From an uncultured delta proteobacterium (lineage in GTDB: Bacteria; Myxococcota_A; Polyangia; Polyangiales; Houyiibacteriaceae): a stretch of 64,000 bases of DNA. Positions 34,302 to 43,423 of the stretch are shown here, one piece after another; position 1 is the stretch's first letter; each line of letters begins with the position of its first letter. The notes under the pieces are model-generated. The model was not told where the DNA came from. It saw nothing but the letters and a program-made list of their open reading frames with translations, and ran no database searches. A program made the position numbers and the translations under genes. The stretch spans positions 21,415 through 85,414 of the forward strand of contig CAVVBB010000004.1 of assembly GCA_963746475.1 (NCBI GenBank), written 5' to 3'.

Positions 34302-36830
34302 TCAAGGGTGGCTGAGGCGTGACGCCGAGCCTTTTGTCAAGTCCTGCGCACGTTTGCAGTAGGATCCTACCCCACCTTCCGACCTGCACAGATGTCGGTA
34401 AGTGAGCAGCGCCCGGTCGCGGTGCCCAAGCTTTAACGCGAGCTGAGCGATCGAGTTGAGCGTCTCGACCGACTCGATGGCCTGGTTCGCGTCTTCATAG
34501 GCTTGCAGCGCAAGCGGATACCGACCCTCTGCTTCGTACAAACGCCCGAGTTGTAGATCGATGGCGGCCAAGGACCGCGGGTCGCTCTTCGTCTGCGCTC
34601 GCTGGCGAGCCGCAATTCGTTGCACATCTGTGTCTTTTCCGAGCGCGACGTAGATTGAGAGAGCGGTGCGGAGCGCAGCAGTGGAGACTTTTGGCTGCGC
34701 GAGCAAGGGCGCGATGGTCTGTTCGGCGCCCTCGGGGTCGCCATCGCTCAACCGGGCCTCGGCCAAGGTGCGTCTTGCCTCGTCGTCAGGTTCCCGCAGC
34801 ACGCCGAGAAGTGCGATGGCCTGGTCGGCTTGGCCTTTGCGGAGCGAGCGCTGCGCCTCACGTAGGGCCGGTCCCACGAGCTGAGGGTCGCGTTCGCGCA
34901 GGGCGGCGTCGATCGCCGCGCCGACAGTTGAATCAGGCGGCAGACAGCCCGCAGTTCGGTCGAGAAAATCGAGCCCGGCTGGCCCCCTCGGAGCGGCGCG
35001 AAACGCGATCTCCGGGTTTTGGGTCTCGCGCAGGATACTGCAGATTGTGGTTCGCGTACTGCCCCGGCTGCTGGCTTCTGCTTGTCTGAGCTCGATCAGC
35101 CCCTGGTCATGTCGGTTGGCACGAAACATCCAGCGAGCCGCCAGCAGGTGCGGCGCACTCCAGAGAGGCGCGAGCTGCTGGGCCCGGTTGAGCCAGCGAA
35201 CTGCGTCGGGGTCCCCTCGGCGGACCGCAACCTCGGCCCCCACGAGCGCCAGCATCGGTTCGGCGGGATGCTGCTGTAGCCCCCGATCCACCAGCTCGCG
35301 CACATGGTCGTAGTCGCCCGCCTCGAGTGCCGTCCTGGCATTTCGCTCGAGGGTGACGGTATCGGTTCCGTGGAGCGACGCGGCCAAGCCGGCCCCGACA
35401 AGCGCGAGACCGGAGACCAGGAAACACAGACCTCGCAGCGAAAACTCGGGCCGAACGCGGGGCGAGCTCGTCGCGGCCCCCATCATGGCGGCGGCCACGA
35501 CCGCGACACCACTCATCTCGAGTGCGAAATCCGCAAGGTCATGGACTCCGATGGCGACCAAACCCGCAAGCGCACCGAACTGGGACAGGCTGCGAGCAGA
35601 GCGGAACCCTCGTACGATGGACCAAGCGACCAGAGCCAACAGGGCCAGGCCAAACAGCAGACCCCACTCCGCGGTCCATTGAACGAGGATGTTCTCGGGG
35701 TAAAAAAAGCGATTGCGGACGCCTAGCTCGCCGACGAAGGCAGCGGAGAAAGCTCCACGGCCGACACCTGTCACGGGGACCTGCAGGAGGGCTGGGAGCA
35801 CGGAAAGCGTCGCTTCGAACTTACTCGTTCGATTCTCCGTGTGACCGAACTCCCGGGCCAGATCCGGTCCAGCGATGAACGCGAGAAGCAGCACGAGGCC
35901 AAACATCCCAGCGATAATCATCGGGACGGCGTGGCTGCTGCGCACGGAGCCTCCGTTTCGCCGTAGCTTGAGGACGAACGCGCCAAGGACCAGTACGACA
36001 CCAAGGGCCAGGGCGATGATGCCGGAGCGAGAGAACGAAAGGACACCCGCCATGGCGCAGCAGGCGGCCCCCAGTCCCCAGGAGAGCCGTCGTTGCGGCG
36101 TCTTCTCATCGAGCAGCAGCCCGACGAGGACGGGGCAGGTCATGGCCATGAATCCGCCGAGGTGGTTTTCGTTCATCAGGGGCGCGAGCAGCCGTGAGCT
36201 CGCATAGACTGGCTCGTAAAGCCCAAACACCTTCGAAATGCCCGCCAGCTCGTGCGCGAAGGCCAGGAGTGCCATGCAGGCACCGCTAGCCCCCACGGCG
36301 ACGAGCACAGCTCGCCGCTGGTGCGCCGAGGCGAACACTCGCGCGGAAAGATACACGGCGGCGATTGCCAAGCCCTTTGCTAGCTCGAGGCGCGTGGCTC
36401 CGGGATCGAGTGATAGAGGCATCCAGCCTGACGCCTGCTCGCCGTAGAGCGCCGCGTTCGCCTGCCAGGCGGTCGCGACGTCTGGGTTCATATGGGATAC
36501 AAGGGATGCGGGTAGCGGCAGCAGCTGCAGCCCAGTCCAGCCAAGGGCCGCCACGACCGCCCAGTCGAGCAGCCGGGCTGGCCGGCGCTCAGGCAGACGG
36601 ATGTCGAGCCTCCGGCTAGTGAGCAGGCCGGTCAGGGCGGCCAAGAACGCCGTGACCGAGATTGCCCAGGGAAATGCTCCGCCGAGAAGCAAAGGGGCTA
36701 CGAGCAGGGCGACGATAAGCGAAAACAGAGCTGGCTCGCAGGAGCCTTTTGTGCGGTAGTGCTGCATCGCCAGGCGGACGAATCCCCCCCATCCGCTCAT
36801 TCGATTGCCATCAAATCTTTGCGGGGTCAA
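34302..36830 (-). CDS. Wzy_C (O-antigen polymerase/ligase-like) membrane protein fused to a C-terminal TPR domain
   Basis: The N-terminal 470 aa or so are polytopic, with an FSRSGIIALALGVVLV-type Wzy_C loop region. The C-terminal 370 aa or so consist of repeated A/L/R-rich TPR-like helices. The exact start is uncertain. Confidence 0.75.
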   Translation of the reverse strand: MTPQRFDGNRMSGWGGFVRLAMQHYRTKGSCEPALFSLIVALLVAPLLLGGAFPWAISVTAFLAALTGLLTSRRLDIRLPERRPARLLDWAVVAALGWTGLQLLPLPASLVSHMNPDVATAWQANAALYGEQASGWMPLSLDPGATRLELAKGLAIAAVYLSARVFASAHQRRAVLVAVGASGACMALLAFAHELAGISKVFGLYEPVYASSRLLAPLMNENHLGGFMAMTCPVLVGLLLDEKTPQRRLSWGLGAACCAMAGVLSFSRSGIIALALGVVLVLGAFVLKLRRNGGSVRSSHAVPMIIAGMFGLVLLLAFIAGPDLAREFGHTENRTSKFEATLSVLPALLQVPVTGVGRGAFSAAFVGELGVRNRFFYPENILVQWTAEWGLLFGLALLALVAWSIVRGFRSARSLSQFGALAGLVAIGVHDLADFALEMSGVAVVAAAMMGAATSSPRVRPEFSLRGLCFLVSGLALVGAGLAASLHGTDTVTLERNARTALEAGDYDHVRELVDRGLQQHPAEPMLALVGAEVAVRRGDPDAVRWLNRAQQLAPLWSAPHLLAARWMFRANRHDQGLIELRQAEASSRGSTRTTICSILRETQNPEIAFRAAPRGPAGLDFLDRTAGCLPPDSTVGAAIDAALRERDPQLVGPALREAQRSLRKGQADQAIALLGVLREPDDEARRTLAEARLSDGDPEGAEQTIAPLLAQPKVSTAALRTALSIYVALGKDTDVQRIAARQRAQTKSDPRSLAAIDLQLGRLYEAEGRYPLALQAYEDANQAIESVETLNSIAQLALKLGHRDRALLTYRHLCRSEGGVGSYCKRAQDLTKGSASRLSHP

Positions 36831-36952
36831 TAGTTGTCCGCGCCGGCCAGAGCCCGCGACTCCGGAACTGGGACAGGTTGCACAGGAGGCAGGTGAGCTG
36901 GTACGACGCCCGGTGGATCGGCCTGGAAGAGTAAGGCTTAGGGGGGCTGCCG

Positions 36953-37987
36953 GTGTCAGAGTCGTTTTTAGTGCCGGATCGGTGTCGGATCATCGTCGAG
37001 GTGGGGCAGTCGCACGATGGCAGCCTGGGTACGGCGCATGCGTTCATCGACGCCATCGCCGATACGGGCGCGGACGCCGTGAAGTTTCAGACGCACATCG
37101 CGGCCGCCGAAAGCCGGCCTGACGAGCCCTGGCGCGTGAAGTTTAGTCCCCAGGACGCGACCCGCTTCGACTACTGGAAGCGGATGGAGTTCACGGCCGC
37201 GCAGTGGCTCGGTTTGCGTCAGCATGCCGAGGAGAGGGGGCTGTTCTTCCTGAGCTCTCCGTTTTCGCTAGAGGCCGTAGACCTGCTTGCCGAGGTCGGA
37301 GTTGCGGCATGGAAGATTGCCTCTGGGCAGATCACGGACTTGTGGATGCTGGAGCAGCTGGCCAAGACCAGGCTCCCGGTCCTGTTTTCCACGGGAATGA
37401 GCCCGCTCAGCGAGGTTCAATGGGCCGTCGACTGGGCGAGGGGCAAAGGCCTGGAGCTGGCGCTGATGCAGTGCACATCGGCCTATCCGAGCACGTTCCA
37501 AAATGTCGGTCTCAATGTAATGCGGGAGTTTCAATCGCTGTTCGGGGTGCCGGTCGGTCTTTCCGATCACACCGGCACGATTTTCCCGTCGCTCGCCGCG
37601 GCCGCGCACGGGGCTCAGCTCGTCGAGATTCACGCGACGTTCAGCAAGAAGATGTTTGGCCCCGACGTTCCCGCTTCGGTGACCTTCGAGGAGCTGCAGG
37701 TGCTCGTCGATGGCATCCGTGCGACCGAGACCATGCTGGCGCACCCGGTTGACAAGGATGCTATGGCCGCAGAGCTCTCTCAGATGCGCGACTTGTTCAC
37801 GAAGAGCATCGTGGCAAGGGATGATCTCGAAGCCGGCGCCGTCCTGACGGCGGACAATCTGACTACCAAGAAGCCCGGACACGGAATCTCCGCAAAGCGG
37901 ATGCACGATATCATCGGCGCACGCCTCGTGCGTTCCCTGAGAGCGGGCGACTTCCTACAGGAAAGCGACATCGAGGCACAGAAATGA
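36953..37987 (+). CDS. neuB: N-acetylneuraminate (nonulosonic acid) synthase NeuB
   Basis: Contains IIVEVGQSHDGSLGTAHAFIDAIADTGADAVKFQTH, LSDHTG and a C-terminal SAF domain (GDFLQESDI). GTG start after AGGGGGG. Confidence 0.9.
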   Translation: MSESFLVPDRCRIIVEVGQSHDGSLGTAHAFIDAIADTGADAVKFQTHIAAAESRPDEPWRVKFSPQDATRFDYWKRMEFTAAQWLGLRQHAEERGLFFLSSPFSLEAVDLLAEVGVAAWKIASGQITDLWMLEQLAKTRLPVLFSTGMSPLSEVQWAVDWARGKGLELALMQCTSAYPSTFQNVGLNVMREFQSLFGVPVGLSDHTGTIFPSLAAAAHGAQLVEIHATFSKKMFGPDVPASVTFEELQVLVDGIRATETMLAHPVDKDAMAAELSQMRDLFTKSIVARDDLEAGAVLTADNLTTKKPGHGISAKRMHDIIGARLVRSLRAGDFLQESDIEAQK

Positions 37988-39138
37988 CCAGAAAGGTTTG
38001 CGTCGTCATTACGGCTCGCCCGAGCTACAGCCGAATCCGAAGCGCGCTCGAGGCTCTTCAGGCGAGGGACGATATCGAGCTTCAGATCGTCGCGGCCGCG
38101 TCAGCGCTGCTGGACCGATACGGTTCCGTCGTGGATCAGATCGAAGCGGACGGCTTCAAGGTCTCGAGCCGCGTCTACATGGTGCTCGAAGGTGAGCAGC
38201 CTTTGACGATGGCCAAGACGACCGGCATTGGCCTCATCGAGCTGGCCACGGCTCTCGACAACCTGCGACCCGATTTCGTCGTGAGCATCGCAGACCGGCA
38301 CGAAACACTCGCCACCGCCGTGGCTGCATCGTACATGAACATTCCTCTTGTCCATATTCAGGGCGGGGAGATCACGGGCTCCATCGACGAGAAGGTGCGG
38401 CATGCGGTGACCAAGCTCGCGGACTATCATCTGGTTTCCACGGACCAGGCCGGCCACCGCGTGATTCGAATGGGCGAGACGACAGACAGTGTCATCGTGA
38501 CGGGCTGTCCTTCCATCGACATTGCCGCGGCGGTACTGGAGAACCCCGAGCTCGATTTCGACCCCATGCAGCGTTATGGAGGTGTTGGGGCGGGGCTCGA
38601 TTTATCGAACGGGTACTTGGTCGTTCTGCAGCATCCGGTGACGACCGAGCACGCCGCAGCGCGACATCACGTGCAGGAGACGCTGCAAGCCGTCGCGGAC
38701 GTGGGCTTGCCGACCCTGTGGTTTTGGCCGAACCCGGATGCCGGCTCCGACGGAACCTCGCGCGGGATTCGCGCCTTCCGCGAAGAAAAGCGGTCCCGAA
38801 ACGTTCACTTCTTCAAGAATATGGCGCCCGCGGACTTTCTTCGGGTCGTTTACCACTCCAGCTGTCTGCTCGGTAACTCGAGCGCGGGGATCCGAGAGTG
38901 CTCCTTCCTAGGCGTGCCTGTCGTGAACATCGGGACCCGTCAGGCAGGCCGTGACCGAGGGGCCAACGTGATTGACGTCGACTACGATGCGGCGGCCATT
39001 GTCGCCGCGGTTCGGGCGCAGCTCGAGAGTGGGAGCTATCCGAGCGATCGCCTCTACGGGAGCGGCAACGCAGGCGAGCGCATCGCCGAAGCGCTTGCCA
39101 CGATCGAGCCTCGAATCGCAAAGAGGCTCAACTACTGA
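37984..39138 (+). CDS. neuC: UDP-N-acetylglucosamine 2-epimerase (hydrolysing) NeuC
   Basis: Contains KVCVVITARPSYSRIRSALEAL, VHIQGGEITGSIDE..RHAVTKL.HLVS and LLGNSSAGIRE. The start overlaps the neuB stop (ATGA). Confidence 0.88.
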   Translation: MTRKVCVVITARPSYSRIRSALEALQARDDIELQIVAAASALLDRYGSVVDQIEADGFKVSSRVYMVLEGEQPLTMAKTTGIGLIELATALDNLRPDFVVSIADRHETLATAVAASYMNIPLVHIQGGEITGSIDEKVRHAVTKLADYHLVSTDQAGHRVIRMGETTDSVIVTGCPSIDIAAAVLENPELDFDPMQRYGGVGAGLDLSNGYLVVLQHPVTTEHAAARHHVQETLQAVADVGLPTLWFWPNPDAGSDGTSRGIRAFREEKRSRNVHFFKNMAPADFLRVVYHSSCLLGNSSAGIRECSFLGVPVVNIGTRQAGRDRGANVIDVDYDAAAIVAAVRAQLESGSYPSDRLYGSGNAGERIAEALATIEPRIAKRLNY

Positions 39139-40580
39139 GCGGCTTCCTCGAGGGCGAGGCCAGCGCCCTGTGCGAGCGCGTTGGCGATTCGTTCCACGTT
39201 CTGCGGATCTAGCACTTGCGGGAAGGTGTTCGGGTTCTTGAGGAAACCCGGCTGGGAAGACTGCTGAATGGCAGCCACGAACTGCAGCAGCTGCTCTTCG
39301 TCGTGTGAGTGCTCGAAAATCGCGTGCGAGAAGAGCTCGTACCAGCGGTCCTTGGGGAGCTCCGAAGCACGGTAGGTCAGCGGACATTCGTTGTAGAAGA
39401 CGCTGCCGAAGGTGACCACCGGCTTGCCGAAGAGCAGCCCTTCCCAGCCTACGGTGCCCGTGATGACAGCTACTGCGGACGCATTTCGAATGAGTGTCCA
39501 CGTGTCTTCATCCGGGCCGAGCAGCCGGACCCCGAAGGTTTCGCGAAGGCGTCGATAGAACGACAGCGGACGTCGCCCTCGATTGCTCACGTGCTCCTTT
39601 ACATAGAGGCGGTGGCCGACCGGGAGGCTCTTGCTGATATCTTCGATGAGGGCGGCCTGGTCTAGGTAGTAGGGCGCTTGGACCAGTGTCGAGGCTTCTG
39701 GCTGGAAGTGAATCGGGTAGAGCACGTAGGGCTCAGCACTCTGCGGTCGCTCGAAATAGTCGAGAGAACGCGAGGCTCGGCTTCGGCTCAGACGCAATGC
39801 GCGTTGCCTCAGTGCGGTGGTTGGCGAGACGAGCGTAGGGTTCTGGCGATCGAGCAGGTACTTCTTTGCGAGCTCGAGTAGTCTAGAGACGTCTTCTTTG
39901 TCTGCCAGGGGAAGTCGGGCACGCGTTCGCATGCCCATCGGGCGTTCCGGACGTTCGCGGAACGCACGGACGAACTCGACGGCTGCACGGCGTTCATCGT
40001 CTCGGAGTCCACGTTCTATGATCTCCGCATGCTTTTCTTTCGTCAGATTCCATTCTTGAAGGCCGCCGGAGTAGACCGACAGAAGTCCGGGAACCCGAGC
40101 ACTGCCAACTCGCCAAAATGGGATGCCCATACCCTTGGCGACGGCATAGTGGATGTAGCTCGTCATGCAGGAGACGTCTTCGCTGAACATCAGGTCCGGC
40201 TTGAAGTGTTCGAAGGCCGCCTCGACGACCCGGAACGTTCGCTCGACCAAACGCAGGACGTCTTCATAGCTACGATTCGCGAGCAAGTGCCGCTCCGACC
40301 ACATCAGTCTGTGCAGCGAGACTCCATAGCGGGCCTCGCGCTCGCGGAGGTATTGGAGGTCGACTGGGGCATCTCCGGCCTTTGCGAGCACGTCCCTCGT
40401 GAAGACGAGCAGCGGCTCGTAGTCGATGCTCTTGTCTCGGAGCAGCACAAGCTGGTCTTCTCCCCACACCATGCCCGCGAACCGGTCGACCCCGTACCGC
40501 TCCCGAAGAACCTCGTGAATGGGGTGAAAAAGCTTCTCGTGGACCGAGAAGAATGTGTAGATGCGCGTCGGTCTAGACAT
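39132..40580 (-). CDS. Capsule-polysaccharide biosynthesis protein (PF05159, KpsS/KpsC-like); candidate ulosonic-acid transferase
   Basis: 482 aa. Contains YPIHFQPEASTLV, LYVKEHV and AVITGTVGWEGLLFGKPVVTFGSVFYN, which resemble the Capsule_synth family. The start overlaps the neuA stop by 8 nt. Confidence 0.6.
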   Translation of the reverse strand: MSRPTRIYTFFSVHEKLFHPIHEVLRERYGVDRFAGMVWGEDQLVLLRDKSIDYEPLLVFTRDVLAKAGDAPVDLQYLREREARYGVSLHRLMWSERHLLANRSYEDVLRLVERTFRVVEAAFEHFKPDLMFSEDVSCMTSYIHYAVAKGMGIPFWRVGSARVPGLLSVYSGGLQEWNLTKEKHAEIIERGLRDDERRAAVEFVRAFRERPERPMGMRTRARLPLADKEDVSRLLELAKKYLLDRQNPTLVSPTTALRQRALRLSRSRASRSLDYFERPQSAEPYVLYPIHFQPEASTLVQAPYYLDQAALIEDISKSLPVGHRLYVKEHVSNRGRRPLSFYRRLRETFGVRLLGPDEDTWTLIRNASAVAVITGTVGWEGLLFGKPVVTFGSVFYNECPLTYRASELPKDRWYELFSHAIFEHSHDEEQLLQFVAAIQQSSQPGFLKNPNTFPQVLDPQNVERIANALAQGAGLALEEAAQ

Positions 40581-41277
40581 GCTGGCCTTGCTTCTGGATT
40601 AGCGACTGAGCCCGCTCCCAGTCTTCTTCCGTGTCGATATTGCAGGCGGTTTCCGCCGGCGTTTCGTAGCCGAACACTCGTCGCCCGTAGAGAGACCCTT
40701 CCTCCGTGATGACCCTCGTTCGCGTTACGTAGACCGAACCGGAGCGGTGGAACGCGGCCGGGAGCTCCTGGCGCCGCGCGATGGGTGCGGCTTCCCCCGT
40801 GGAGAGCCGGAGCGCGCCATCGTCGCCGCTGAAGTAGACCCAGTGCGGGTTGTAGTGCGCGGGGACTCGATGTACTGAGAACACACAGTCCGCGTCTTTG
40901 GACTCGAAGGTTTCGATACAGGCGTCAATTTCGGATGAGCTTCGAAGTGGAAAGGTCGGCTGTAGCAGGCAAACCGCATCGGCCATCCAGCCTTCCTGGG
41001 CCAGGGACTCGATCGCGTGTACGACGACGGGAAGCATCGCGGTGGCATCTCCGGCCAAGTGGCTGGGGCGTAGAAACGGAAGCTCGGCGCCAGCCTGTGC
41101 CGAAAGCTCGGCGATTTCCGCGTCCTCCGTTGTGACTACCACGCGGTCAATACGGGAGGCAGCTTTCGCTGCATCGATCGTGTAGTGAATCAGCGGACGC
41201 CCGCCGAGGAGACGGATGTTCTTTCGCGGGACTCCCTTCGAGCCGCCGCGCGCCGGGATGAGCCCAAGAACGCGCAT
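40573..41277 (-). CDS. neuA: Acylneuraminate cytidylyltransferase (CMP-sialic acid synthetase) NeuA, synthetase domain only
   Basis: Contains MRVLGLIPARGGSKGVPRKNIRLLGGRPLIHYTI and LLQPTFPLRS. At 234 aa it has no esterase extension. Confidence 0.9.
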   Translation of the reverse strand: MRVLGLIPARGGSKGVPRKNIRLLGGRPLIHYTIDAAKAASRIDRVVVTTEDAEIAELSAQAGAELPFLRPSHLAGDATAMLPVVVHAIESLAQEGWMADAVCLLQPTFPLRSSSEIDACIETFESKDADCVFSVHRVPAHYNPHWVYFSGDDGALRLSTGEAAPIARRQELPAAFHRSGSVYVTRTRVITEEGSLYGRRVFGYETPAETACNIDTEEDWERAQSLIQKQGQHV

Positions 41278-41381
41278 ATCGCTCCGACCTATAGCAGAGC
41301 AGAGAGGCGCCGCGCACTCCGATAGAAGTTGAACCCCGTTATGAATTCCACCATGTTCCGGCCGCTAGGAGTAGGGGTTCG

Positions 41382-42434
41382 ATGAAGACAGCGTTGATCA
41401 CTGGCGTCACGGGGCAAGACGGCAGCTATTTGGCAGAGTTATTACTGAGCAAGGGCTATGACGTGCATGCCGTCAAGCGACGAGCCTCGTCGCTGAACAG
41501 CCAGCGAATCGACCACCTTTATGTAGACCCGCACGTGGAGGAGTCTCGGTTTCATCTGCACTACGGCGACATGACCGACTCGACGAACTTGCTCCGCATC
41601 GTGCAGCAAGCTCAGCCCGACGAGATCTATAACTTGGCGGCCCAGTCCCACGTGCGCGTTTCGTTCGAAACGCCAGAGTACACGGCCAACGCAGATGCGA
41701 TTGGCGCACTGCGGATGCTCGAAGCCATTCGCATTTTGGGCCTTACGGAGAAGACGCGCTTCTATCAGGCGAGCACGAGCGAGCTGTACGGCAAGGCCGC
41801 CGAAGTGCCGCAGAATGAGGCTACGCCATTTTACCCGCGCAGCCCCTATGGAGCCGCGAAGCTGTACGCATACTGGGTCACCGTCAACTACCGCGAGGCG
41901 TACGGCATGTACGCTTGCAACGGTATCCTGTTCAACCATGAGTCGGAACGTCGCGGTGAGACCTTCGTTTCGCGCAAGATCACCCGCGTGGTTTCCCGCA
42001 TTGCGTTGGGCATCGAAAACACCCTGTATCTTGGAAATCTCGACGCGAAGCGCGACTGGGGGCACGCCGAGGAGTACGTCGAGGGGATGTGGCGAATGCT
42101 GCAGCAGCCCGAGCCGGATGATTTCGTGCTGGCCACCGGCGAGTCGCACTCCGTGCGAGAGTTCGCGGAGCTGGCCTTCGCTCATGTTGGCATTCAACTT
42201 GGCTGGAAGGGCGACGGCGCGGAGGAAGTCGGTATCGACCGAAAGAGTGGAGCCGTTCGAGTGCGCATCGACCCGAGGCTCTACCGGCCGACGGAAGTCG
42301 ACCATCTGCTCGGTGATCCCTCCAAGGCTAAGCAGAAGCTTGGCTGGGAGCCCAAGGTGTCGTTTCCTGAGCTCGTGCGGCGCATGATGAACAATGACCT
42401 CGCTCTCGCGGAAACCGACCTGGCGAAACGATGA
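41382..42434 (+). CDS. gmd: GDP-mannose 4,6-dehydratase
   Basis: Contains [31 protein letters not shown], the [12 protein letters not shown] catalytic YxxxK and [17 protein letters not shown]. Confidence 0.95.
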   Translation: MKTALITGVTGQDGSYLAELLLSKGYDVHAVKRRASSLNSQRIDHLYVDPHVEESRFHLHYGDMTDSTNLLRIVQQAQPDEIYNLAAQSHVRVSFETPEYTANADAIGALRMLEAIRILGLTEKTRFYQASTSELYGKAAEVPQNEATPFYPRSPYGAAKLYAYWVTVNYREAYGMYACNGILFNHESERRGETFVSRKITRVVSRIALGIENTLYLGNLDAKRDWGHAEEYVEGMWRMLQQPEPDDFVLATGESHSVREFAELAFAHVGIQLGWKGDGAEEVGIDRKSGAVRVRIDPRLYRPTEVDHLLGDPSKAKQKLGWEPKVSFPELVRRMMNNDLALAETDLAKR

Positions 42435-43381
42435 ATCTTGCGGAATCAAAAGTGCTCGTCACTGGCGGGCATGGCTTTCTCGGACGGCATGTCGTGGAAG
42501 TGCTCCGCGCGCGCGGCGTAGAGCCAGTCACCTTCCGGTCGGCGGAGTGCGACCTTCGGAACTGGGAGCAGACCAAGGCCTTCTTCGAGCAGCGGCGCCC
42601 AGACGTGGTGATTCACATCGCTTGGACCGGTGGCGGCATCGGGTTCATGCGCAATCATCCGGGGAGCATCGCGCGCGACAATACCCTGATGGCCTGCCAT
42701 GTCTTCGAGGCTGCGCGCCTCTTCGGCGCTCGCAAAGTAGTCGGAATCGGTTCGGTTTGTTCCTATCCCAAGTACACGACAGTGCCTTTCCGTGAAGAAG
42801 ACCTCTGGCTGGGTTACCCGGAAGAGACCAATGCGCCGTACGGCATCTCTAAGAAAATGATGCTGGTGCTCACACAGTCGTTTGCGGAAGAGTTCGGACT
42901 GAACGGCTTGCACCTTCTAATGGTCAACATGTACGGTCCCTGGGACAACTTCGACTTGGCCAGCAGTCACGTCATCCCGGCGATGATTCGCAAGTTCTTG
43001 GCGGCCAAAGAAGGCGGGCGGTCCGAGGTTACGCTCTGGGGCGACGGAAGCCCGACCCGAGAGTTCGTGTATGTCACCGATGCCGCTGAAGCCGTGGTCC
43101 TGGCAGCGGAGCGCTACGATTCTGCAGATCCGGTCAATATCGGTTCATCCACTGAAGCTTCCATTCGCGAGCTTGCCGATAGGATCGGAGCCATGGTCGG
43201 TTTCGAAGGCGAGATAGTCTGGGACACGAGCAAGCCGAACGGGCAGCCTCGTCGCAAGCTCGACGTGTCGAAGGCTAAAGAGCGTTTCGGCTTTGAGTCG
43301 CAGGTCTCCTTGGAGGACGGCCTCCGGCAGACTTATGACTGGTACCTTCGAGAGGGCCGATCGATTTGGGAGGCGCTCTAA
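42431..43381 (+). CDS. fcl: GDP-L-fucose synthase (GDP-4-keto-6-deoxymannose 3,5-epimerase/4-reductase)
   Basis: Contains [50 protein letters not shown] and [13 protein letters not shown]. Overlaps the gmd stop by 4 nt. Confidence 0.92.
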   Translation: MNLAESKVLVTGGHGFLGRHVVEVLRARGVEPVTFRSAECDLRNWEQTKAFFEQRRPDVVIHIAWTGGGIGFMRNHPGSIARDNTLMACHVFEAARLFGARKVVGIGSVCSYPKYTTVPFREEDLWLGYPEETNAPYGISKKMMLVLTQSFAEEFGLNGLHLLMVNMYGPWDNFDLASSHVIPAMIRKFLAAKEGGRSEVTLWGDGSPTREFVYVTDAAEAVVLAAERYDSADPVNIGSSTEASIRELADRIGAMVGFEGEIVWDTSKPNGQPRRKLDVSKAKERFGFESQVSLEDGLRQTYDWYLREGRSIWEAL

Positions 43382-43423
43382 GGAGCTGCCTCGATCCGCC
43401 GCGAACGAGAGACAGCTGGACCA

